From a bacterium (GTDB taxonomy: Bacteria > Bacillota > Clostridia > Christensenellales > UBA1242): a DNA stretch of 57,690 nt. Of the stretch, positions 19,501 through 26,395 are shown one piece after another. Positions within the stretch are counted from its first letter, which is position 1. Each line of letters begins with the position of its first letter. Under the pieces are notes generated by a model that did no database searches, was not told where the DNA came from, and saw nothing but the letters and a program-made list of their open reading frames with translations. The position numbers were made by a program, and so were the translations under genes. Location: NCBI GenBank assembly GCA_024692805.1, contig JAILMD010000032.1, forward strand, positions 1 through 57,690, read 5' to 3'.

Positions 19501-19668
19501 AGCGGAACATATATCGGAGCGCTTAACAAACCAGATGAAAATCAAACACTTGTAATTATAGGCGGAACATTCTCAGTTGACCCAACAGAGTTTGTTAACA
19601 CCGATAACTATGATGTTGTTGAAAACCAAAATGAAACATACACTGTTTCAGAAAAAACTGGCGAATAA
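16531..19668 (+). CDS. Predicted surface lipoprotein with (GTN)n collagen-like tracts, QWRY modules and beta-helix-like C-terminal domains
   Basis: Signal peptide plus lipobox-like LLFSAC (Cys26). Residues 71-342 hold 5 G-X-Y tracts alternating with a conserved 33-aa module. The C-terminal half carries the VTYQSLAEAINAANDGDTIVLVNDD signature typical of right-handed beta-helix proteins. Confidence 0.7.
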   Translation: MKKIKIFMLTIALLLIAPLALLFSACDANVNKDVQVRVGEEYVEWSADGQNWNNIISIDDLKTQLGDTFKGEPGANGTNGTNGTNGINGTNGTNGVDGRQVEFQKTQTHVQWRYAATATQSATAWTDLVALSELKGAAGTNGTNGTNGTNGREIELQKTETHIQWRYVGDEEWTDLVALSAIKGENGTNGTNGTNGTNGTNGTNGREVEFQTTETHIQWRYVGDQDWTDLIALSLLKGQNGTNGTNGTNGTNGTNGTNGREVEFQTTETHIQWRYVGDENWTNLVALSVLKGENGTNGTNGTNGTNGTNGREVEFQKTETHIQWRYVGEVEWTNLVALADIAGEDASVAGYTVTVNYRGYQAMFETTPEAINVNSNEWLTTIPEIDEDYEDVFAGWYIVGSRRQISNYDFVGGNVTIEPRFIDLFYVNEAIEGESFNTLQDAIDYLLVEGYDIVEMDLNLSLGAKRIVWDSVDNVFGYVNTLTNQPIYLSTHPMTNLTSPTEIFMMFHANDQYWSEGVMNLYYPCSIYLAENENLLGVTIKTNRGVDIGNNTGIVKIEYVNLSGVAQEVIIRTNGGDLEINAPDDIVHHYGSANTVNIIAVAGSSYHETGKATLIKVSSGRVVVDDSEEVAVGGIHVAANDVIVAVETDAVLPTVTFDSTVTSFYVQTTEAGEKETQSTVTINSGNVTVTATSGSDAVPTAIATQVEASVEATENEALANAYDVVEPTFDESVVARIGLVTYQSLAEAINAANDGDTIVLVNDDRVSLTNNQEITINKSLTITGVTNSDGSPKYTIYGTNTSNGYNDIFIKNQTTAINVTIENVKFSEFGNEASTNSNHGVIVVSGGTHANTHTILNNVYIDKFNKAAVIIPKGTYAISNCYIDCAKPTTHGNVLTKGFDIQTTTTTNTIDNVEVVYSDSTYTEWSSAAFEIYYGGCTLTNCRVTSFKIAYASAFNANITLIDCSANATTAVSLVRQNATTNNQSQATIMSGTYIGALNKPDENQTLVIIGGTFSVDPTEFVNTDNYDVVENQNETYTVSEKTGE
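16741..17556 (+). repeat. Coding tandem repeats: five modules of 144-195 bp, two of them adjacent 162-bp copies at 17080-17241 and 17242-17403. They are built from 9-bp GGNACNAAY reiterations plus a conserved 99-bp unit.
   Basis: Long identical strings recur, for example GGCCGTGAGGTTGAGTTCCAAACAACCGAAACTCATATTCAATGGAGATATGTTGGTGAC in both 162-bp copies. Confidence 0.9.
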
Positions 19669-19682
19669 TTAGTTATAATTTA

Positions 19683-19711
19683 AGGGCGCGGGGGAACCTG
19701 CGCTCTTTTTT
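19683..19711 (+). terminator. Intrinsic terminator after the lipoprotein gene
   Basis: 10-bp stem (two G-U pairs), GGAA loop, T6 tail. Confidence 0.7.
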
Positions 19712-19863
19712 GTTAGATAATATTTTGTTAAAACGCTTGCAATATTAACTAATTTGATTATAATAAAGTTAACTAATATCTTTTTTATTTAATATTTTTT
19801 GGCAATATCTCTAAAAAATTGTTTTTATTTTAAAGATATATTTTTAGTAAAAAGGGAATAATT

Positions 19864-20790
19864 ATGTCATATAAAAATTCTATTAAACTCATTTTTTCAA
19901 ACTTCAGTTTAGTTTGGAAAAAATTAGCTTATCTTTTGGTTGTTTTTGCTGTTAGCGCTTTAATTAGCGTTGCAATAAGTATGCCAACGATTGAGCTTTT
20001 AAGAAATGAAGGCTTTTTTAGCCACGCTAAAGATCTTTTAGAGGCAGTTTATATTAATCCGTCACTAATTAACCAAACGATTAGCGAAATATTAACCAGT
20101 TTCTTTACAATAATTTGGTCAAATGCTGCTGGTTATATTGTTAGTTTTATTGGCTTTATTCTTTCAGCGATTGTTCTTCCTGCCTTTTTAATTGGGCTTG
20201 GGGAATATGCTGTTTGCTTTGTTTCAAGCAAAAAGTTATCAAGTAACGTTAAACTTGGTTTTTCTTCATCGCTTTTAACAAACGCAAAACATGCTTCTAG
20301 ATATTCTTTATATCGTTTATTAATTGGAGCCGTTATTGACCTAATTATCTTAGGATTTTTGCTTGTTTATCTTAAACTTGCAAGCGGAATATTGTTAACA
20401 ATGGTTTTACTTGTTGTTTTTATGGCAATATTAGTTTTCTTGAGAAGCTTAAAGTTAACAATTTTAGGTCTTATCGTTTCAAAAATGATTGAAGAAGATA
20501 AGTCAATCAAAAGGTCACAAGATGAGTTGATTAAACTTTCAGCAAGGGCTTTCTGGAGAAGTTTTAGCAACGCCTTTATTGTTGTTTTAACAATAATTGC
20601 AGTTAACATTTTTGCTGGGGTTTTCACGATCTTAGTTGGGTTAATTGTGACTATTCCTTTAAGTATGGTTTTCAAATGTATTTTTATGATAACAAATTAC
20701 TATACAATTAGTGGTAAAAAATATTATCTTAACGAAAACCTTATTGTTGAGCCAAAGATTTTAGATGAAAAGGGAAAATTAAATAGTTAA
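19864..20790 (+). CDS. Polytopic membrane protein, function unknown
   Basis: 308 aa with 5-6 hydrophobic helices. No motif recognised. Confidence 0.55.
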   Translation: MSYKNSIKLIFSNFSLVWKKLAYLLVVFAVSALISVAISMPTIELLRNEGFFSHAKDLLEAVYINPSLINQTISEILTSFFTIIWSNAAGYIVSFIGFILSAIVLPAFLIGLGEYAVCFVSSKKLSSNVKLGFSSSLLTNAKHASRYSLYRLLIGAVIDLIILGFLLVYLKLASGILLTMVLLVVFMAILVFLRSLKLTILGLIVSKMIEEDKSIKRSQDELIKLSARAFWRSFSNAFIVVLTIIAVNIFAGVFTILVGLIVTIPLSMVFKCIFMITNYYTISGKKYYLNENLIVEPKILDEKGKLNS

Positions 20791-20799
20791 GGAAATTTT

Positions 20800-22620
20800 A
20801 TGGATATTATAAATAACGAACAAACAACAATAAAGAAAAGGGTTTTTGCGCCTGAAGAACAAAACAAAACTTACACGGCCGCTCCAAGAAACCCTAACAA
20901 AATTAAACCTCAACCAGTAAAACAAACTAAGGTTGAAGATCAACCAACAAAACCAGCAACGCTTTTAAAAGATAAAAATTCATTAAGAGTTGTCTTTTTA
21001 GGTGGCGTTGGTGAAATTGGTAAGAATATGACAGCCCTTGAATTTGGTAATGATATTATCATTATTGATTGCGGGCTTGCTTTTCCAGGCGAAGATATGC
21101 CAGGGGTTGACCTTGTTATTCCTGATTTTTCTTATATTAAAGAAAATGCAGCAAGAATTAGGGGAATTGTTATAACCCATGGTCACGAAGACCATATTGG
21201 CGCAATCCCATATCTTTTAAAAGAATTAAAAGTTCCTGTTTTTGGAAGCAGACTTAGTTTAACGCTTATTGAAAACAAACTTATTGAGCATAAAATAACC
21301 GGTGTTAAAATGATGGCGGTTAAACCAAGAAGCGTTGTTAAACTCGGCGCCTTTAGCGTTGAATTTGTTAAAGTTAACCATTCGATTGCTGGCGCAATGG
21401 CTTTAAGCATAACAACTCCTGTTGGCGTTGTTTTTCACACTGGTGACTTTAAAATTGACCTTGAGCCAATCGATAAAGAAGTTATTGACCTTCCAAGAAT
21501 CAGCGAAATTGGCGCCAAGGGCGTTTTATTGCTTCTTGCTGAAAGCACAAACGTTGAGCGCCCTGGATACACGCTTAGCGAGTCAACTGTTGGCCAAAAA
21601 CTAGAAAAAATATTTATTGATAACGCCGAGCGCAGAATTTTCGTTGCAACATTTGCAAGTAACATTTATAGAGTTCAACAGATTGTTGACCTTGCCGTTA
21701 AATATAACAGGCGAATTGCTATTGTTGGGCGAAGCATGATAAACAACATTGACGCTAGTATGAAAATAGGCGAGTTTAACTGCGATAAGAGCATATTTAT
21801 TGACGTTGAAAAGGTTCCTAACCTTGAAGATAAAAACGTTTTAGTTTTATGCACGGGTAGCCAGGGCGAGCCAGCAAGCGCGCTTTCAAGGCTTGCTAAT
21901 GGTGAGTTTTCAAAACTTAACATTGGCGAAAATGATACTGTTATCTTTTCATCAAGCCCAATTCCTGGAAACGAGAATATGATTAACAAGGTTATAAACA
22001 ACCTTTACAGGAAAGGCGCAATTGTTATTCACGAAGATGTTCACACTTCTGGCCACGCTTGCCAAGAAGAGTTAAAGATAATTCACACATTGCTTAAACC
22101 TAAATATTTTATGCCAGTTCACGGCGAATATAGGCACCTTAAGGAGCATAGTAATCTTGCTCAAGGCTTAGGGCTTGATAAACATAACATAATTATTCCT
22201 GAAATTGGAATGGTTGTTGAAGTAAACAAACGCGTTATGAAGATGGCAGGAAGCGTTCAAGCAGGTGAAATGCTTGTTGATGGGCTTGGAATTGGTGAAA
22301 CCGATAGCGTTGTTTTAAGAGATAGAAAACTTTTAAGTGAAGATGGTCTTTGCATAGTTGTTATTGGCGTTAATAATCTTAGTGGTGAGTTAGTCAGCGA
22401 GCCTTACATGATAACACGTGGTTTTGTTTACACTAAAGAAGCCGAAGAGTTAACTAATGAAGCAAAACAAGTTTTACTCGACACACTTAAAACAATTGAT
22501 ATGAAAGAAGAAAGAGATTGGCCAGAATTAAGAAATGTTATAAGAAAACCTCTTAGAAACTTCTTCTATAAGAAAACTTTAAGAACTCCTATGATTTTGC
22601 CAATCGTGTTTAGGGTTTAA
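20800..22620 (+). CDS. rnj: Ribonuclease J
   Basis: Metallo-beta-lactamase/beta-CASP pattern (VVFLGGVGEIGKNM, ITHGHEDHIGA, SGHA). About 60 aa of low-complexity N-terminal extension. Confidence 0.9.
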   Translation: MDIINNEQTTIKKRVFAPEEQNKTYTAAPRNPNKIKPQPVKQTKVEDQPTKPATLLKDKNSLRVVFLGGVGEIGKNMTALEFGNDIIIIDCGLAFPGEDMPGVDLVIPDFSYIKENAARIRGIVITHGHEDHIGAIPYLLKELKVPVFGSRLSLTLIENKLIEHKITGVKMMAVKPRSVVKLGAFSVEFVKVNHSIAGAMALSITTPVGVVFHTGDFKIDLEPIDKEVIDLPRISEIGAKGVLLLLAESTNVERPGYTLSESTVGQKLEKIFIDNAERRIFVATFASNIYRVQQIVDLAVKYNRRIAIVGRSMINNIDASMKIGEFNCDKSIFIDVEKVPNLEDKNVLVLCTGSQGEPASALSRLANGEFSKLNIGENDTVIFSSSPIPGNENMINKVINNLYRKGAIVIHEDVHTSGHACQEELKIIHTLLKPKYFMPVHGEYRHLKEHSNLAQGLGLDKHNIIIPEIGMVVEVNKRVMKMAGSVQAGEMLVDGLGIGETDSVVLRDRKLLSEDGLCIVVIGVNNLSGELVSEPYMITRGFVYTKEAEELTNEAKQVLLDTLKTIDMKEERDWPELRNVIRKPLRNFFYKKTLRTPMILPIVFRV

Positions 22621-22621
22621 T

Positions 22622-23206
22622 ATGGATTATTCTTTATTAAGAGAAGATGCAAAACAAAATAATATTCCAACATTAAGAGACCAAAGCAGCTTGTTTTTAG
22701 CTAAAATCATTAAAGAGAAAAACCCAAAAACGATTTTGGAGTTTGGAACAGCTGTTGGCCTTAGCGCAATAAATATGTTAACTAATTCTAGCGCAACGAT
22801 TGAAACAATTGAGTTAGATAAAGAAAGAGCAAGCCAAGCCGAAATTAACCTTAAAAAGTTTGGCTTTGATAAAAGGGCAAAAGTTTACGTTGGTGATGCG
22901 CTAGCTATTAGCAACGAATTTGTTAAAGAAAATAAAAAATTTGATTTTATCTTTCTTGACTCAGCTAAGGGGCAATATATAAAACTTCTTCCTAACATAA
23001 TAAAACTTTTAAATGTTAATGGAACGCTGGTTGCGGATAATGTTTTATTTAGAGGATATGTTAATTCAACCAACTTTCCAAGAAGGTTTAAAACAATTGT
23101 TACTAGGTTAAGAGAGTTTAACAATGAGGTTATAAATTCAAAAGAATTTTATGACGCAAAAATTGTTGAAATTGAAGATGGAATTATGATTGCAACAAAA
23201 AGATAA
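22622..23206 (+). CDS. trmR: SAM-dependent O-methyltransferase (YrrM/TrmR-like)
   Basis: ILEFGTAVGLSA and FDFIFLDSAKGQY motifs of the class I O-MTase family 3. It lies next to a U32 peptidase gene, as in B. subtilis yrrM-yrrN-yrrO. Confidence 0.65.
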   Translation: MDYSLLREDAKQNNIPTLRDQSSLFLAKIIKEKNPKTILEFGTAVGLSAINMLTNSSATIETIELDKERASQAEINLKKFGFDKRAKVYVGDALAISNEFVKENKKFDFIFLDSAKGQYIKLLPNIIKLLNVNGTLVADNVLFRGYVNSTNFPRRFKTIVTRLREFNNEVINSKEFYDAKIVEIEDGIMIATKR

Positions 23207-23238
23207 AATTGCAAAAAATAAACTGAAAAAGTGAAAAA

Positions 23239-24477
23239 ATGGTAAAAAAAGTAGAAAAAATTGAATTATTAGCTCCAGCAGGAGACTTTGAAAAGCTTGA
23301 AACCGCACTTCATTTTGGTGCTGATGCGGTTTATTTTGCCGGTAAAAATTATGGTTTAAGGGCATATGCTTCTAACATTGAAGATGATGATTTAGCTAAA
23401 GCCGTTAGCCTTGTTCATAAACACGGCAAGAAGGCTTATGTTACTTTAAACATCTTTGCTCATAACAAAGATTTTGAAAATCTTGCGGCATATTTAAAAG
23501 TTTTAGTTAAGGCAAAAGTTGACGCCGTTATCGTTAGCGATATAGGAATGTTTAGTTTTATTCGCGAACATGAACCCAGCCTAGTTATTCATGTTTCAAC
23601 TCAAGCCAACACAACTAATGCTTATTCAGCAAATATGTGGGCTAAAATGGGGGCAAAGCGTATCATTTTAGCAAGAGAGTTAAGCCTAACTGAAATTGAA
23701 GAAATTTGCAAGGCGTTGCCAAAGAGCGTTGAAGTTGAATGCTTTGTTCACGGCGCAATGTGTATCAGTTATAGCGGACGTTGTCTTTTAAGTAACTATT
23801 TAACGGGCAGGGATAGTAACCACGGCGAATGCGTTCAAGCGTGCAGGTGGCACTATTCATTAGTTGAAGACACAAGGCCTGATGAAAAACTTGATATTGA
23901 AGAAGATAGTCACGGCGCATATATCTTAAACAGCAAAGACCTTTGCTTAATTGATTATCTTGATAAACTTAAAAAGGCAGGGGTAACAAGCTTTAAGGTT
24001 GAAGGAAGAATGAAATCACCTTATTATGTTGCAACAGTCATAAATGCTTATAGGCGCGCAATAAACTTGTTAGAGACGAGCAATAAGAAATATGTTGTTC
24101 CAGCAAGCCTTAAAAACGAACTAAATAAAGCAAGTCACCGTAAATATACAACCGGCTTTTTCCTTGGTGATGATAAACTAATTAAGCAAAACTATGAAAG
24201 CGCAAGCCAAGACCAAGAGAGCGTTTTTATGGCTAAGGTTATTAGCGCAAATGGGAACAAGCTAGTTGTTGAGCAACGCAATAAATTTGCTGTTGGTGAT
24301 TTATTGGAAGTTTTAAGCCCGGGCGAAAGCTTTAACACGAAAGTTAAGATATTAAAAATCGAAAATGAAAAGGGCGAAGAACAGCAGGTTGCAAAACTTG
24401 TTCAAGAAAAACTAATTGTAACAATTGATAAAAACTATGGAATTCTTGACGGCGATATTTTAAGAGCCGATAAATAG
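23239..24477 (+). CDS. Peptidase U32 family protein (tRNA ho5U synthesis TrhP-like)
   Basis: ELLAPAGDFEKLETALHFGADAVYFAG N-terminus, the U32 E-x-F-x-HG-A-x-C-x-S-Y-SG-R-C signature (ECFVHGAMCISYSGRC), and FKVEGRMKSPYYV. Confidence 0.8.
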   Translation: MVKKVEKIELLAPAGDFEKLETALHFGADAVYFAGKNYGLRAYASNIEDDDLAKAVSLVHKHGKKAYVTLNIFAHNKDFENLAAYLKVLVKAKVDAVIVSDIGMFSFIREHEPSLVIHVSTQANTTNAYSANMWAKMGAKRIILARELSLTEIEEICKALPKSVEVECFVHGAMCISYSGRCLLSNYLTGRDSNHGECVQACRWHYSLVEDTRPDEKLDIEEDSHGAYILNSKDLCLIDYLDKLKKAGVTSFKVEGRMKSPYYVATVINAYRRAINLLETSNKKYVVPASLKNELNKASHRKYTTGFFLGDDKLIKQNYESASQDQESVFMAKVISANGNKLVVEQRNKFAVGDLLEVLSPGESFNTKVKILKIENEKGEEQQVAKLVQEKLIVTIDKNYGILDGDILRADK

Positions 24478-24484
24478 GAGAGTT

Positions 24485-24922
24485 ATGTATCTAAACATTT
24501 TTAATGGCGTTTTAAACGAAAAGCTTTTAGATAAAACAAATGCAGATGAAGTTTTTAATAAAGAAGTTTTTGATAATTTAGCTGATGCATTTAGCGACTT
24601 TAAGCCAATATTTACAATCGTTAAAACTGAAGCAGATTTTGACAATCTTGTTGTTTGCGACCAATTAAAATATATTAAAAATGAAACATTTACAAAACAA
24701 GTTGGAGAGATAAAATATTCTATTGGCAACTATGATAAAACTTTCTTTATAATGATTGAAAAAGATAATAACGCTTTTATTATTAAATCAAATAAGAATA
24801 AAGTTGAATTGATAAAACAAGAAAATGACGTTATTAAAAGCAAGCTTCGTTTAGATAAATATGGCAATTTATTGACTATAGGAAACGATTTTTATATAAA
24901 TGAAAATGAAAAAACAAAATAA
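24485..24922 (+). CDS. Hypothetical protein
   Basis: 145-aa ORF with an SD (TAGGAGAG), followed by a strong terminator. Confidence 0.5.
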   Translation: MYLNIFNGVLNEKLLDKTNADEVFNKEVFDNLADAFSDFKPIFTIVKTEADFDNLVVCDQLKYIKNETFTKQVGEIKYSIGNYDKTFFIMIEKDNNAFIIKSNKNKVELIKQENDVIKSKLRLDKYGNLLTIGNDFYINENEKTK

Positions 24923-24947
24923 TAAATATACTAAAAATATAAAAATT

Positions 24948-24989
24948 ACCGCAATTTTTAGTTTAAAACATTAAAAATTGCGGTTTTTT
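24948..24989 (+). terminator. Intrinsic terminator
   Basis: Perfect 13-bp stem ACCGCAATTTTTA/TAAAAATTGCGGT followed by T5. Confidence 0.8.
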
Positions 24990-25052
24990 CTTAATAAAAA
25001 TTCATCATAATTCAACATTAATCATCATATTAATTCATTAGGGGAATGAATA

Positions 25053-25751
25053 ATGTTTAGTTTATTGTTGAAATTATTGTCAAAAATATTCTTTTTCACA
25101 GGATTAGTTGGTGGCAAAAATGGGTTTAGTAAACCATTAAGCGCCAAAGAAGAAAAAGAGTTATTTACCAAATTAAGAAATGGTGATAAGTCAGCCGAAG
25201 AAAAATTAGTTAAACATAATCTTAGGCTTGTTGCTTATATAGTTAAAAAATATAAAAACTTCTGTGATCAGGAAGAACTAATAAGCGTTGGTTCTGTTGG
25301 TTTGCTTAAAGCAGTTAGATCGTTTGATTCAACAAATGGTAATTGCTTTTCAACTTATGCTAGTAGGTGTATTGAAAATGAAATCTTAATGCTTTTTAGA
25401 AAGGAAAAAAAATATAGTCAAAATGTTAGCCTTGAAGCAACAATAATGAGCGATAAAGACGGCAATGGTCTTAGCCTTGGCGAAATTATAAGTGACGGTG
25501 AAGAATTGTTAAGTTCAAGCGTTGACAAAAATTTGACCTATCAAAGAATAACTAAAATTATTGAAACAAAATTAGATTCGCGTGAACGAGAAGTCGTTTA
25601 TCGAAGGTTTGGATTAAATGGATTTCGCGAGCAAACCCAAAGTGAAGTTGGTAAGGCTTTGCTTGTTAGCAGGTCTTATATTTCAAGAATTGAAAAAAGC
25701 GCCATTAACATCATAAGAGATGAACTGACTAAAATTCAGGGTGGGGATTGA
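25053..25751 (+). CDS. sigK: Sporulation-type sigma-70 family factor with a pro-sequence (SigK-like; SigE/SigK family)
   Basis: The hydrophobic pro-peptide MFSLLLKLLSKIFFFTGLVGGKNGFSKPLS resembles the clostridial pro-SigK. HNLRLVAYIVKKY (region 2), YASRCIENEILM, and a region 4 HTH (VGKALLVSRSYISRIEKSA). Confidence 0.75.
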   Translation: MFSLLLKLLSKIFFFTGLVGGKNGFSKPLSAKEEKELFTKLRNGDKSAEEKLVKHNLRLVAYIVKKYKNFCDQEELISVGSVGLLKAVRSFDSTNGNCFSTYASRCIENEILMLFRKEKKYSQNVSLEATIMSDKDGNGLSLGEIISDGEELLSSSVDKNLTYQRITKIIETKLDSREREVVYRRFGLNGFREQTQSEVGKALLVSRSYISRIEKSAINIIRDELTKIQGGD

Positions 25752-25776
25752 CAATTTAAGGTTTTTTTGGTATAAT
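25748..25776 (+). promoter_or_regulatory. SigA-type promoter of rnpB
   Basis: TTGACA, 17 nt, TATAAT. The -35 overlaps the TGA stop of the sigma gene. Confidence 0.7.
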
Positions 25777-25782
25777 ATCAAC

Positions 25783-26102
25783 AAGTTAGCCAGATGATAG
25801 CGCCCAAGCAATTGGGTGAGGAAAGTCCGAGCACCACAGAGTAAGTGCGCTTGATAACGTCAAGCTAGGGTGACCTAAGGAAAAGTGCAACAGAAATAAA
25901 CCGCCAATTTTGGTAAGGGTGGAAATGTGGGGTAAGAGCCCACAAACTGATATGGTGACATATCTTTGATGTAAACTCCGCACGGTGCAAGATATGGGGC
26001 GCATAAACTGCTCGTTTGCCCCGCAAATCGCTAGAGCAGGGTGGCAACACCTTGTCAAGATTGATTATCATCTAAAACAGAACTCGGCTTACAGACTAAC
26101 TT
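25783..26102 (+). ncRNA. rnpB: RNase P RNA, type A-like, compact (~320 nt)
   Basis: Universal blocks GAGGAAAGTCCGAGC, AGTGCAACAGAAATAAACCGCC, GGTAAGGGTGGAAATGTGGGGTAAGAGCCCAC, GTAAACTCCGCACGGTGCAAG and ACAGAACTCGGCTTACAG. P1 pairing AAGTTAG/CTAACTT. Flanked by a promoter and a terminator. Confidence 0.88.
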
Positions 26103-26103
26103 A

Positions 26104-26127
26104 ACCTGCTTAATGCAGGTTTTTTTG
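26104..26127 (+). terminator. Intrinsic terminator of rnpB
   Basis: ACCTGC/GCAGGT stem followed by T7. Confidence 0.75.
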
Positions 26128-26291
26128 TTGTAAAAATTATTTTTACAATTATTATTTACCTTTATATTAATTATCTAAAAACTGCAAAATGCTTATTATT
26201 GCAAATAAAATACCACGCAAATATATATTTAAATCAAATATATTTGCGAAAAATAAATTGCGCACAAAAAATGTAAAATACTATAAAAATA

Positions 26292-26322
26292 ATCGCAAAA
26301 TGTTTTAATTTTGCGATTTTTT
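26292..26322 (+). terminator. Orphan intrinsic terminator in the rnpB-rarA spacer
   Basis: ATCGCAAAA/TTTTGCGAT 9-bp stem followed by T5. No ORF lies upstream. Confidence 0.5.
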
Positions 26323-26395
26323 AAATGGTTTAGTTTTGTTTGCAAACTTGCTTTATTTGTTATATAATTATTATGTTAAATTATAAGGTGATGTT

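Noticed and set aside
16377-19863. Attempt to define the prophage attR from direct repeats or a tRNA
   Set aside because: No tRNA-like sequence is present, and the left end of the element lies outside the window. No att core can be identified, so the right boundary is left provisional.
25053-25751. A skin-element-like situation, with a prophage interrupting sigK
   Set aside because: The sigma gene is intact (232 aa, all regions present). The prophage ends more than 5 kb upstream, with rnj and other host genes in between.
25786-26071. Two minus-strand ORFs (90 aa and 68 aa) in the sigma-rarA interval
   Set aside because: They lie entirely antisense within the RNase P RNA, which has universal conserved blocks plus its own promoter and terminator. 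The ORFs are Cys/His/Arg-rich translation artefacts of a structured RNA.
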